Assembly (NCBI GenBank): GCA_902801465.1
Contig: CADCIH010000008.1
Location: 4,772-68,771, forward strand
From: an uncultured Bacteroidia bacterium
Lineage (GTDB): Bacteria; Bacteroidota; Bacteroidia; Bacteroidales; F082
Direction of reading: 5' to 3'
DNA length: 64,000 nucleotides
The notes beneath the pieces were generated by a model. The model searched no databases. It was not told where the DNA came from and was given only the letters and a program-made list of their open reading frames with translations. A program made the translations under genes and the position numbers. Below are positions 55,476-64,000 of the stretch, one piece after another. Position 1 is the first letter of the stretch; every line of letters starts with the position of its first letter.

Positions 55476-56525
55476 TTACTTTAGAATGGCTTCTAAAGCC
55501 TCTTTATTGATGACCTGACATCCACCTAAGGATTCTCCAATAAAAGATTCCTCGGAATAGTGCATATTATCTTTTTTAGTTCCTGCATACACTCCACAAT
55601 CACCTCCAATAGTTGTCTTCCCGTTAGCAGTAAGGTCTTTCAGGGTCCATTCTAGGTTAGGCCAATCAAAGAAAAACTCATATACATTCGATTCCTTGAT
55701 ATTGGCTTGATAGGTATCATTGTGAGCCATCTCGTCAACTCCACCTTCATCGTTATTGACAAGCATCCTCCATTGGAAAGCTGTATTGCCGAAAGGCTGG
55801 ATAAAATGATATTCCCAATAAATAAAATTAGGTTGCATCCATTCAGGATAATTATAATGGATTCTATAGTTAAAAGTGAGATTTTCATCTGAATTGGGGA
55901 CATAAGAACCGTTGTCATTGAAAGTATAAGCATGGTTCAACTTTGTTGAATAAAGATATGAACGTGATACAACGCCTTCCCAATATTTCATATTACTATC
56001 CTTGACAATGACAAGGGCACCAGCAGGCCTCATCTCCACATGATGGGAGGAATGATCGGCATCAACCATGATTTTGGCATTACCAATGCCTACAATCGCT
56101 TCTTCGCCATTAATAACACTCGAAATTTTTTCTATCATTAAGGTAGATAACCTTTCTGTCCCTTTGATAGTCCAGCACAAGTCATTGCCATTTTCTATCA
56201 CATCGGAAATGGCTACAACAGTGTATTCACCATGGCTAAGTTCCAAAGTTGTAATCATATTCTCGTTATAATCTTTAAGCTTTTTGGTGTCAGAAGCTAT
56301 TAAGCCACCATTCCGATCGTAAACCAGCAGGTTAATCCGAAGCTGATTATTTGAAGATAAATCTGTTAAGCTTGATTCATTAAGAACATAAGGAATCCAC
56401 TTATTGATGACCTCATAGGGTGTTACTTCAAAACTCACCTCTCTTGAGATTGAGATATCTTCATTTTTGCATGATGACATTATTAGGGCCATCATTGCCA
56501 AGCACATAACAATATATTTTTTCAT
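55476..56525 (-). CDS. Lipoprotein of unknown function
   Basis: Lipobox ALIMSSC. 349 aa. Confidence 0.55.
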   Translation of the reverse strand: MKKYIVMCLAMMALIMSSCKNEDISISREVSFEVTPYEVINKWIPYVLNESSLTDLSSNNQLRINLLVYDRNGGLIASDTKKLKDYNENMITTLELSHGEYTVVAISDVIENGNDLCWTIKGTERLSTLMIEKISSVINGEEAIVGIGNAKIMVDADHSSHHVEMRPAGALVIVKDSNMKYWEGVVSRSYLYSTKLNHAYTFNDNGSYVPNSDENLTFNYRIHYNYPEWMQPNFIYWEYHFIQPFGNTAFQWRMLVNNDEGGVDEMAHNDTYQANIKESNVYEFFFDWPNLEWTLKDLTANGKTTIGGDCGVYAGTKKDNMHYSEESFIGESLGGCQVINKEALEAILK

Positions 56526-56542
56526 AACATTTTAGTTTTAAG

Positions 56543-57184
56543 TTATTTCACAATATTAAATAAGTAAGCAAACGAGAGCATCATCGAGCTGATTTTGGTG
56601 TCAAAATTACCAGCCAGGGGGCTCATACCTAAGTTATAACGGGCATCAATCATCAATGACGAACTTTCGTTGATACTGGTTTTATAGGCCAATCCAGCGG
56701 TAATCATTACATCGCCTCCTTTGATTACCCCTGTGCCATAAGTGGCTCCTTGATAGTGCAGCTGTGAAGGAGTGGTCCCAACAATCTTCACTGCGGTCAC
56801 GCCGGCTAGCATAGCAACGTTTGGCGTGAAATAGAGCTGAGCCAACATAGGCACTTCAATGCAATTGGTTGTTAAAGTTGCATCATCGAGTTTGACACTA
56901 CGTCCACCATACATGGCTTCAATTTGCACTCCAAGTAAACCAGTTCCGCCACAACTCAGTTCGGAACGACGTCCGAAGTGGGCATGAAAAACACCTCCGA
57001 ATTGATAGCCGAGGCCCATTTGGAAATCAAGGTTTTCGAGTTTGGAATGGCTACCCATGTCCATTCCGAGTCCGACTTTCGGTCCAATCGCAATGCGATA
57101 AGGTCTGTCATCCTCACAATCCTGTGCGAACAGACCGTTGCAGCAAAGAGCTGTCAACAGAAGAAACAATAAATGTTTACGCAT
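56543..57184 (-). CDS. Outer-membrane beta-barrel protein (small porin/OmpW-PorT-like)
   Basis: Signal peptide, alternating hydrophobic beta-strand pattern, and an aromatic-rich C-terminus (SFAYLFNIVK). Confidence 0.6.
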   Translation of the reverse strand: MRKHLLFLLLTALCCNGLFAQDCEDDRPYRIAIGPKVGLGMDMGSHSKLENLDFQMGLGYQFGGVFHAHFGRRSELSCGGTGLLGVQIEAMYGGRSVKLDDATLTTNCIEVPMLAQLYFTPNVAMLAGVTAVKIVGTTPSQLHYQGATYGTGVIKGGDVMITAGLAYKTSINESSSLMIDARYNLGMSPLAGNFDTKISSMMLSFAYLFNIVK

Positions 57185-57220
57185 AAATTTAATGTTTAAA
57201 ATTAATATATTAATAAGTAG

Positions 57221-58774
57221 TTAGATTTTCTTCAAATTAATTTGGGCTTGCTTGCTTCCGCAGTTTTTCCCGTCAACTTTGGCAGAAGCGGTAGCCTGCA
57301 CTTTTTTACTCTCATCCACTTTGACTGTTGTCATTATGGTTTTCGACTTATCAGGTTCAAGTTTTCCGTTAAACGGCGTATTCTTTCCTGCAACATTGAG
57401 CGATGCCGAAACCGATACTTCCTCATCAGAAGTGTTTGTGATTACAACTTTCACTGTTTGGTTATCGTGCTCATCCGCATATTCCGCAGTTACAGTTGGA
57501 GTTCCGATAATCAAACTAATACAGCTAATTTCCATTTCCCATGAATCTTCCCAAAGCAACACAGATTGACCGTCACCAACATAAGTGGCTTTGCCTCTCA
57601 AGGTACAAATACGTTTTTTTTGCTCAAAGATTTGTGGAGCAACTTTGAAACCAAATGCTAGGCCTTCTTTGCAAACTACATAATTGCCATCGCCGCAATC
57701 GAATTCAAGCTTTATTTTATCACTATCAAATACAGAGGGAACGGACAATGAAAATTCAAGTTGCTCCGTATCTTTGGAATAAACATAATAGCGGCATTTG
57801 TTATCTGGCCAGACGGGATCGAAATCTCCTTCAAGCAGTTCGACAACACCATATTTCCCTTCCACCAAAACAATGGACCGAGCGTTACAAATAGATTCGG
57901 CGTTATCAAATTGGGCGGGCGCCACAACGTCACCGGCTGATGTCTTATAGCCCATTTTCCCGTTCTGTTCAAAGGTGGTGTAATTGGCGTCAGCAACAGG
58001 TTCGGCGTTGGCAGGAGGAACTATCAGACCATTTCCATTAGGTCTGAAAGAATAGTCATAAGGATCCACCGACTCCTTGTTTTCCTTTTTCACATCGTTT
58101 TTTACAACATGAAATTTTGTATCAAAAATAACGAACTTGCCACCTCTCACTTTTGCCAAGGCCAATCCTTCAGAGTTGAATGAAGTGGCCCAAACGAATT
58201 TTTCCCCGTTTGGAAGACAATCCATTCCTTTTCCTGTAAAATCATTCGATCTTTTGTATCTCCGTGGATGAGTGGAGTCCTTCGAATTCTCCTCCATTAC
58301 AGCCCATCCTTGGCGCACTGGCATTGTTTCCAAATATGAGCATTCTAAAACGATTTGTCCTGCACTATCCATGTATCCCTGTTTCCCGTTCTCACTTCCT
58401 TGAGCAACGGTGAGGTAGCCTTCGGAGAAATAAGGATATTTTGTGATGTAATAGTCGCCGTTTACATGCTGGAAGTGGTGAGGGGCAACTTCAGAAAGAA
58501 AACCAAGAATCTTTTTTTCTTGCAATACAATGGCAAATCCATCGGAAAACATCGTGATTGCATCGGCATTGATATTGGGGGGAAGAAGTTCCTTTCCATC
58601 CCAGTCGATGAGGTGGATTCCTCCTTGGGAGCCTATACATCTAAAGATATCGGTGCTATAATGCGTGATGCTTTCATAGTTAGGTTGGACCATCCACCTA
58701 ACTGTTTCTGCTTTGAGTGTTGCAACTCCTAATGTTAATGATAAAAGAAGTAAAATCTTTGTTCTCATGATCAT
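57221..58774 (-). CDS. Secreted WG-repeat (KWG-like) protein with a C-terminal beta-sandwich-like region
   Basis: Signal peptide. Repeated motifs of the form F.EG.A.V...GK.G.ID..G..V (e.g. GKQGYMDSAGQIVLE, GKMGYKTSAGDVVAP, GKYGVVE). Confidence 0.6.
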   Translation of the reverse strand: MIMRTKILLLLSLTLGVATLKAETVRWMVQPNYESITHYSTDIFRCIGSQGGIHLIDWDGKELLPPNINADAITMFSDGFAIVLQEKKILGFLSEVAPHHFQHVNGDYYITKYPYFSEGYLTVAQGSENGKQGYMDSAGQIVLECSYLETMPVRQGWAVMEENSKDSTHPRRYKRSNDFTGKGMDCLPNGEKFVWATSFNSEGLALAKVRGGKFVIFDTKFHVVKNDVKKENKESVDPYDYSFRPNGNGLIVPPANAEPVADANYTTFEQNGKMGYKTSAGDVVAPAQFDNAESICNARSIVLVEGKYGVVELLEGDFDPVWPDNKCRYYVYSKDTEQLEFSLSVPSVFDSDKIKLEFDCGDGNYVVCKEGLAFGFKVAPQIFEQKKRICTLRGKATYVGDGQSVLLWEDSWEMEISCISLIIGTPTVTAEYADEHDNQTVKVVITNTSDEEVSVSASLNVAGKNTPFNGKLEPDKSKTIMTTVKVDESKKVQATASAKVDGKNCGSKQAQINLKKI

Positions 58775-58793
58775 ATAATTAAATTATTTTACA

Positions 58794-60734
58794 TTATGGT
58801 TTTACTGGAGTTGAAGATGCGGTAGCCTTGAGTTTTTCTCTCACCGCTTCCGTATAGTCTTTAAACTCGGGATTATCACCAGCGGATTCCCTTACCTTTT
58901 CAAAACACCAACGGGCTTTCCCCCAGTCCTTTTCAGCGCCACGATTATATAAAAAGTCGCACCCCAATTCATAAAACACGGATAGATTGTGGCTATCCTC
59001 GCCATATAACTCGTATGCTTCCATCAGCAAGGCATGCGCTTTGAAATTGTCTGCCTTAAGATTGACATTCTCCCGCATCAGTTTCCACTCATTTTGATAA
59101 AACTCTAGCCCTTTCGTTCCAGCGGCAGAAGAATCAAAATAGATTCGGCTCATTAAGAATATCGCTTCGGGATTACCTGTGTCAGCTAGCGACTGAAGCA
59201 TCAATAAACCTTGACTGGCTTTTTCTTTTTCAAGCAAAAGTATTGTTGCATTTTCCAGATTATTCTCTGCATCCTTTTCTGGCTCAAAAACAGCGCTGTT
59301 ATCATCAAAGAATTGAAAATATGCAAAGGTTCCTCCTCCGATAAGAATCGCAGCAATGCCAACAATAGCAACAAGTCCTTTCCATTTTTTCTTCGAAGTC
59401 TTTGTGGTTTCAGATTTTTCTGTTTCAGCCTTTTTCTTGTTTTTTTCCTCAACTTTACGTCGGGACTCTTCCTCTTTTCGCGCTTTTTCTTCCGCTTTTC
59501 TGCGGGCTACTTCCTCTGCTTTACGGCGCTCCTCTTCTTCCTTTCGGGCTTTTTCCTCCGCTTTTCTACGGGCTACTTCCTCTGCTTTACGTCGCTCCTC
59601 TTCTTCCTTTCGGGCTTTTTCCTCCGCTTTTCTACGGGCTTCTACTTCTTTCCGCGCCCTCTCCTCTGCTTTTCTGCGGGCTTCTTCCTCTGCTTTACGG
59701 CGTGCCTCTTCCTCTGCTTTTCTACGGGCTTCTTCTGCAGCTTTACGGCGGGCTTCTTCCTCCGCTTTACGGCGTGCCTCTTCCTCTGCTTTTTTGCGTG
59801 CTTCTTCAGCAGCTTTACGGCTGGCTTCTTCCTCTGCTTTTCTGCGTGCCTCCTTTGCAGCTCTTTTTTGGGCTAATTCCTCAGCCTTTCGCATTTCATA
59901 TCCTTTGATGCTTTCCACATTTAGAATTTCGCCATCCAATACCGATTGGGCCACCCGAACAAGCAACTTTGCCATTGGCCGATCCCAGGGATTTAGGGAC
60001 ATACACCATTTAATTATAGCCTTCAAGTTATCTGAGTGATTACTTTGCCATTCAGGAATCAATGCTCCATTACGCTGCAACACGCCACCTTGACCAAAAA
60101 ACGGAAGGTCCTTATTGATGAGTTCGTACATAGTTACACCAAGAGCCCAAATATCTGAGGCGTTCACGGCTTCAACATCCTCGCCGAACATTTCGGGAGC
60201 CATATAAGGAATGGATCCGCCCATTGTTTTTGCTTTAGATCCGATTGCAGAATTGTTTCGTAAAGTACTTCGAAACTTTACGCTGATACCAAAGTCAGTA
60301 ATCAAGAAATTACCTTCCTCGTCAATGAGGATATTGTCAGGCTTTATGTCGTGATGAACGATTCCCTGTTGATGCAGGTATTCAAGACCCGAAGCCACAT
60401 CGCGAATGAAACGCCACATGGTCTTTTCGTCGATATTGCCCATAAAGTCAACACACGAACCGGGACAATATGGCATCACCAAATAAGGACGATCGTCGCA
60501 AATATCATAATAGTAGGCATGGAGCAGATGCGGGTGCGACAAGCCAAAGGTAGTCACAAACTCCTCCTTAAACTCTTGAACGCCTCTCGAATCCAAGGCG
60601 ATATACACTTTGACCGCGACATTAATACCCAACTGCCTATCTTGGGCAAGCCAGACCTCGCCATACGACCCCCGACCTTTCATTTCTAAAAGGAAGTACC
60701 GATCGTCGAATAATGTATTCTTTGATAAAACCAT
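58794..60734 (-). CDS. Membrane Hanks-type Ser/Thr kinase: kinase, ER/K helix, TM, Sel1/TPR-like domain
   Basis: GRGSYGEVWLA, VAVKV, HHDIKPDNILI, DFGIS and PYMAPE. About 150 aa of (A/E/R/K) repeats. TM GLVAIVGIAAILIGGGTFAYF. C-terminal Sel1-like repeats. Confidence 0.9.
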   Translation of the reverse strand: MVLSKNTLFDDRYFLLEMKGRGSYGEVWLAQDRQLGINVAVKVYIALDSRGVQEFKEEFVTTFGLSHPHLLHAYYYDICDDRPYLVMPYCPGSCVDFMGNIDEKTMWRFIRDVASGLEYLHQQGIVHHDIKPDNILIDEEGNFLITDFGISVKFRSTLRNNSAIGSKAKTMGGSIPYMAPEMFGEDVEAVNASDIWALGVTMYELINKDLPFFGQGGVLQRNGALIPEWQSNHSDNLKAIIKWCMSLNPWDRPMAKLLVRVAQSVLDGEILNVESIKGYEMRKAEELAQKRAAKEARRKAEEEASRKAAEEARKKAEEEARRKAEEEARRKAAEEARRKAEEEARRKAEEEARRKAEERARKEVEARRKAEEKARKEEEERRKAEEVARRKAEEKARKEEEERRKAEEVARRKAEEKARKEEESRRKVEEKNKKKAETEKSETTKTSKKKWKGLVAIVGIAAILIGGGTFAYFQFFDDNSAVFEPEKDAENNLENATILLLEKEKASQGLLMLQSLADTGNPEAIFLMSRIYFDSSAAGTKGLEFYQNEWKLMRENVNLKADNFKAHALLMEAYELYGEDSHNLSVFYELGCDFLYNRGAEKDWGKARWCFEKVRESAGDNPEFKDYTEAVREKLKATASSTPVKP

Positions 60735-60738
60735 ACCT

Positions 60739-62484
60739 CTATCCTAACTTTTTTTTCATATCTCTTATCTGAGCATCCATTGAGTATTTGTCGATTTTGA
60801 ATCCCTTTTGTATTTCGGCTGGAATTCTGCTCACAATTTGCTCAAACTCCAACTCAATCTCACTTAATTCATTTAGTGTCTTGCATTTCCTTATTCTTTT
60901 GGCAAAATACCCCTTTAACCAATCTACTGTATTCTTTGTATGATCATAGTTTTGTCCGCCGAATCGAATCAAGTACTCTACACACTTCTCTTTGTTAGGA
61001 TCGCGATTGAATTCGCTCATCGCTTCCTGTTCATTATCAGCTGTTAATGCAGTTACAGGGTTATTCTGTTTTTCTTGAAGCTCATTGGGCGCATTATTTT
61101 TCTCTGGTTCAGGCACCGGGGTTAATGTGGAACTAAGGGACAATTGACCTTTTACTTCTGGAACACTGTCGGTTACCTTGTCTGTCGTTCCCTTTTGACT
61201 ATTCTTGTCTTTTGGGTCTAGTGTGCTTTTTAGATTCTTTGAATCGGAACCGCTTTCGTCTTTTTTTTCGAGATCGTTCTCTATTCTTTGTTTATTTATA
61301 AATTCAATACTGTCTTTGACAAATTGTTCAATAAATAATTCAGCCTGACTTTTGTATTGCCCATTTTTAAACTGTCTCAAATAGGAACGATAGCCATTAA
61401 CGTCGTAGCACTGTTCAAAGAAATCACGATCCTTCTGTTCGTTTTTCAAACGACAATAATCTTTTACGAAAAAGCCCCCACCAACTAAGATCAAAAGAGA
61501 AGCTACCATCAGGATGTATTTTAATCTTCTACTTTTCTTACCATTCCCAACTGAGTCATTAGGGAGGTATTCATTTTGTAATTCAACATCACCATCAGGA
61601 GCGGTTTCCCCTCTGATTATCTCACATAAAACAACTGTGACATTGTCGTACCATTCGTTGCGTTGGGCTGCATCGAAAAGAGCGTCACGGCATTCCACCA
61701 TTGATTGACGGTTTTCGCTTATGATATCTTCAATGTTTTCCGTATCAATACGACGACCATCCTTATATGTCTTACGGTCGCGCAAGACTCCACTTAACCC
61801 ATCGCTACAAAGAAGGAAAATGTCATCTTTATAAACCTTGAAATGATTACTTTCTGGTTTCGCTTTTTTGTCAGGATCGCCTAGACTTCGAGTTACGATA
61901 TTTCCATAAGGATGGTCAAAGGCCTGGTCTATGCTTATCTTGCCTTCGTCAACAAGTCCTTGAACGTATGAGTGGTCTTTGGAAACTTGCCGCAAGCCAA
62001 CGCCCGGACGGAACAAATAGGCACGACTATCCCCGCACCATGTTAGGCAAATCTCTCCATCTAGCAACCATGCCAAAATAATGGTGCTACCCATGCCTTC
62101 ATGTTCAGGATTGTTCCGCGAATCAGCTTTTATAGCTGCATCAGCCGCCACTACAACCTCCTCCAAATAACTGATTCGAGATTTGGTGTTATGACAGATG
62201 CTTTCTGTTATTTTGCCAGGAGCGAAATATCTCTCCACTGTTTTGATGGCAATGTCAGATGCGACCTCACCCGCATTCATTCCTCCCATACCGTCAGCAA
62301 CCACCATGAGGCATCCTGTTTTCGAAAGCTCCACCACATCGTCTCCCATAAATGCCCCCTTCTTTTCATCATTGAGAAGACAATCCACAAACATATTGTC
62401 TTCATTACCTTCCAAAGGAGCGTCGGGTTTAAACTTTCCTGCCGCATCTGTACGGGCTGCAAGCCTGAACTGTATTGATTTCAT
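60739..62484 (-). CDS. Membrane-anchored PP2C-family Ser/Thr phosphatase
   Basis: MVVADGMGGMNAGEVAS, LLCSDGLSG and DNVTVVLCEI. TM LKYILMVASLLILVGGGFFV. C-terminal domain of about 240 aa with no recognised function. Confidence 0.9.
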   Translation of the reverse strand: MKSIQFRLAARTDAAGKFKPDAPLEGNEDNMFVDCLLNDEKKGAFMGDDVVELSKTGCLMVVADGMGGMNAGEVASDIAIKTVERYFAPGKITESICHNTKSRISYLEEVVVAADAAIKADSRNNPEHEGMGSTIILAWLLDGEICLTWCGDSRAYLFRPGVGLRQVSKDHSYVQGLVDEGKISIDQAFDHPYGNIVTRSLGDPDKKAKPESNHFKVYKDDIFLLCSDGLSGVLRDRKTYKDGRRIDTENIEDIISENRQSMVECRDALFDAAQRNEWYDNVTVVLCEIIRGETAPDGDVELQNEYLPNDSVGNGKKSRRLKYILMVASLLILVGGGFFVKDYCRLKNEQKDRDFFEQCYDVNGYRSYLRQFKNGQYKSQAELFIEQFVKDSIEFINKQRIENDLEKKDESGSDSKNLKSTLDPKDKNSQKGTTDKVTDSVPEVKGQLSLSSTLTPVPEPEKNNAPNELQEKQNNPVTALTADNEQEAMSEFNRDPNKEKCVEYLIRFGGQNYDHTKNTVDWLKGYFAKRIRKCKTLNELSEIELEFEQIVSRIPAEIQKGFKIDKYSMDAQIRDMKKKLG

Positions 62485-63344
62485 TTTACATTTCCTTTCT
62501 TGCTGTTTTCGACAGGTGTCAATTTTCCGCCAGAAACCACTTTTGGTTTTTTGTCATCATTCTCTTCTTTACCTTTTTCGGGTTTCGTTTCATTTTCGGA
62601 GGTTTTATCCTGAATGATGGAATATAGTTTCCAAGCAGAACTGTCATTATAGGCAAAACTGCATAATTCAAAGGTGACTGTACCGACTAATGTAATATGA
62701 GGCACAATGAAAAAGCCTGCAATGACCTTTTGGGTGTTTTGTGGAGGAAGCACTTCAAATCCTGAGGCTTTCACATCAACTTCTTGTACAAATGACAAAT
62801 AGACATTGTATTCGGTGTCTTTGGTTATTTCACTCTCCGTTGGTTGCATGACCCAAACCATCCAGCCATTCACTTTACCCGTTGTATCTGCCAAATTCAA
62901 GCCTTGGCTTTGGCATGATAATTTGAAACAATTATCGCGCAATTCCTTAAATGAGTTTTCATCTCTTTGTAGCTTTATAAACTCCTTTTCACCATAGGGC
63001 TTTATGGAAGTTTCAAATAAAGTTGGAGTGTATTCCCTATTCTCTTTATACGAATCATAATTGGAATCATAATTCCACGGATGTGTAACTCTATCATCAA
63101 CAATCAAACCATTTTCAATCAAAATACCAAATGAATACATTTTGCCGAATTCGGGTTTGTTGTCCAATCCATAGGCGTTGCCCTTACTGTCTTTAAGCTG
63201 ATAAGACTGTTCTACGAGGACAACCGCTTTGTAGTTGGTCTCTTTAATGAGATTGTCACTGGCAAAAACGCCTAAGAAGTTTTGTGCGTTGAGTACACCT
63301 ATTTCTATTAGGGCAAAAAACAGAAGAAATAATGTCTTTTTCAT
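62481..63344 (-). CDS. Secreted protein of unknown function
   Basis: Signal peptide MKKTLFLLFFALIEIGVLNA. Its stop overlaps the PP2C start (ATGA at 62481-62484). Confidence 0.5.
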   Translation of the reverse strand: MKKTLFLLFFALIEIGVLNAQNFLGVFASDNLIKETNYKAVVLVEQSYQLKDSKGNAYGLDNKPEFGKMYSFGILIENGLIVDDRVTHPWNYDSNYDSYKENREYTPTLFETSIKPYGEKEFIKLQRDENSFKELRDNCFKLSCQSQGLNLADTTGKVNGWMVWVMQPTESEITKDTEYNVYLSFVQEVDVKASGFEVLPPQNTQKVIAGFFIVPHITLVGTVTFELCSFAYNDSSAWKLYSIIQDKTSENETKPEKGKEENDDKKPKVVSGGKLTPVENSKKGNVK

Positions 63345-63376
63345 CTTTATACTATTATTATGATTTGACTTATTGG

Positions 63377-64000
63377 TTATTTATTAATCATTGAAATGGG
63401 AACCACACGATCCTTCCATTTTCCATCTCTTGACCCACTCAAAGCGCCCAGTCTAGTTGCGCCGGAAAGGATACCTACACAAACCGGCTTTCCATCATGA
63501 ACGGTGAAGACAGGTCCTCCTGAATTTCCATGGTCGGTTTCACTGTTGTCAAGTTGAATACAGCCAAAGTCATTCAACCCATTCACAGCCACAGTTGACT
63601 CGACGAACAGCGGATCGACTTTCCCTCTATTGCCTTCACCCATAGGATATCCCAGAATGTTAAGTTTAGTTCCAATAGGCATTTTAGTAGAGTATTCAGG
63701 GTCAATCCGTATGGACCCTTTTTTGTTAGTTTGACACCATGCATAGTCACGATAGTCGGTTATATCAACACGTTCACGAGCAGGAAGGAAAACGCCTCCT
63801 ATCTCAACCGGCTGGGAAGTCTGATAATTGTATTTACCCCAATGGAATGGATTGTCATTTAATGAATACTTCATCTCAAAACTGTCATTTGGCGAAGTAG
63901 CCATAAGCTTAAAGGATATATCGTTGGGAAAAGCATCCATGAGTGCAGTGATTTCTCTCGAGTCAAAATTGACACAATGTTGAGCAGTCACAAAACGCCC
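63377..64000 (-). CDS. Trypsin-like serine protease, 5' end outside the window
   Basis: TAQHC (His motif) and GNSGGPVF (Ser motif). The frame is open to the window edge. Confidence 0.75.
   Translation of the reverse strand, partial: GRFVTAQHCVNFDSREITALMDAFPNDISFKLMATSPNDSFEMKYSLNDNPFHWGKYNYQTSQPVEIGGVFLPARERVDITDYRDYAWCQTNKKGSIRIDPEYSTKMPIGTKLNILGYPMGEGNRGKVDPLFVESTVAVNGLNDFGCIQLDNSETDHGNSGGPVFTVHDGKPVCVGILSGATRLGALSGSRDGKWKDRVVPISMINK

Larger units (their letters stand above)
55310..64000. other. AT-rich accessory operon region (envelope signalling/protease cluster), continuing past the window end
   Basis: Compositional drop after the truncated gene copy. Seven co-oriented genes have gaps of 36 nt or less, or overlap. 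Confidence 0.55.

Noticed and set aside
59211-60039. Three overlapping plus-strand ORFs (168-227 aa, S/F/L/A-rich) opposite the kinase repeat region.
   Set aside because: They are antisense translations of the GAA/GCG-rich ER/K repeat. They are low-complexity, and the kinase frame is unambiguous.

Overview
This looks like a Bacteroidota chromosome segment, probably Prevotella/Segatella-like. Supporting signs are TAnnTTTG -7 promoter boxes, a T9SS sorting domain, DUF1573, DUF3078 and DUF4293 proteins, and a Rho with a long charged insertion. The core genes are GC3-rich, which produces long spurious antisense ORFs. They include an aminotransferase, nucleoside kinase, S9 peptidase, rlmB, rho, mpl, a MATE transporter, dnaB, arcC, a Ca-ATPase and pepE. 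Three visibly AT-rich accessory regions interrupt this backbone. (1) About 2.25-10.4 kb is an island next to tRNA-Met(CAT). It carries a large serine recombinase whose ORF reads antisense through the tRNA terminator into the tRNA, a short tyrosine recombinase, a secreted trypsin-like protease and a DUF2971-like gene. (2) About 25.3-43.1 kb is a single-strand defence island: WYL regulator, RapA-like SNF2 helicase, Hsp70-fold ATPase, then hsdM, hsdS and hsdR, two secreted proteins and a KAP P-loop NTPase. The most notable points are the unnamed SNF2 plus Hsp70-fold pair, which is tightly coupled. The hsdS has three TRD-CR modules, with a C9 homopolymer exactly at the module 2/3 junction. The HsdR has a C-terminal RNEESH (HEPN-like) tail. 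(3) About 55.3 kb to beyond 64 kb is an envelope-associated operon. It encodes a trypsin-like protease, a secreted protein, a membrane PP2C, a membrane Hanks kinase with an ER/K helix and Sel1-like domain, a WG-repeat protein, an OM barrel and a lipoprotein. Separately, 7-nt-periodic palindromic repeat elements in three sequence flavours sit exactly on the stop codons of about 11 core genes. All family assignments come from motif recognition by eye; no searches were run.
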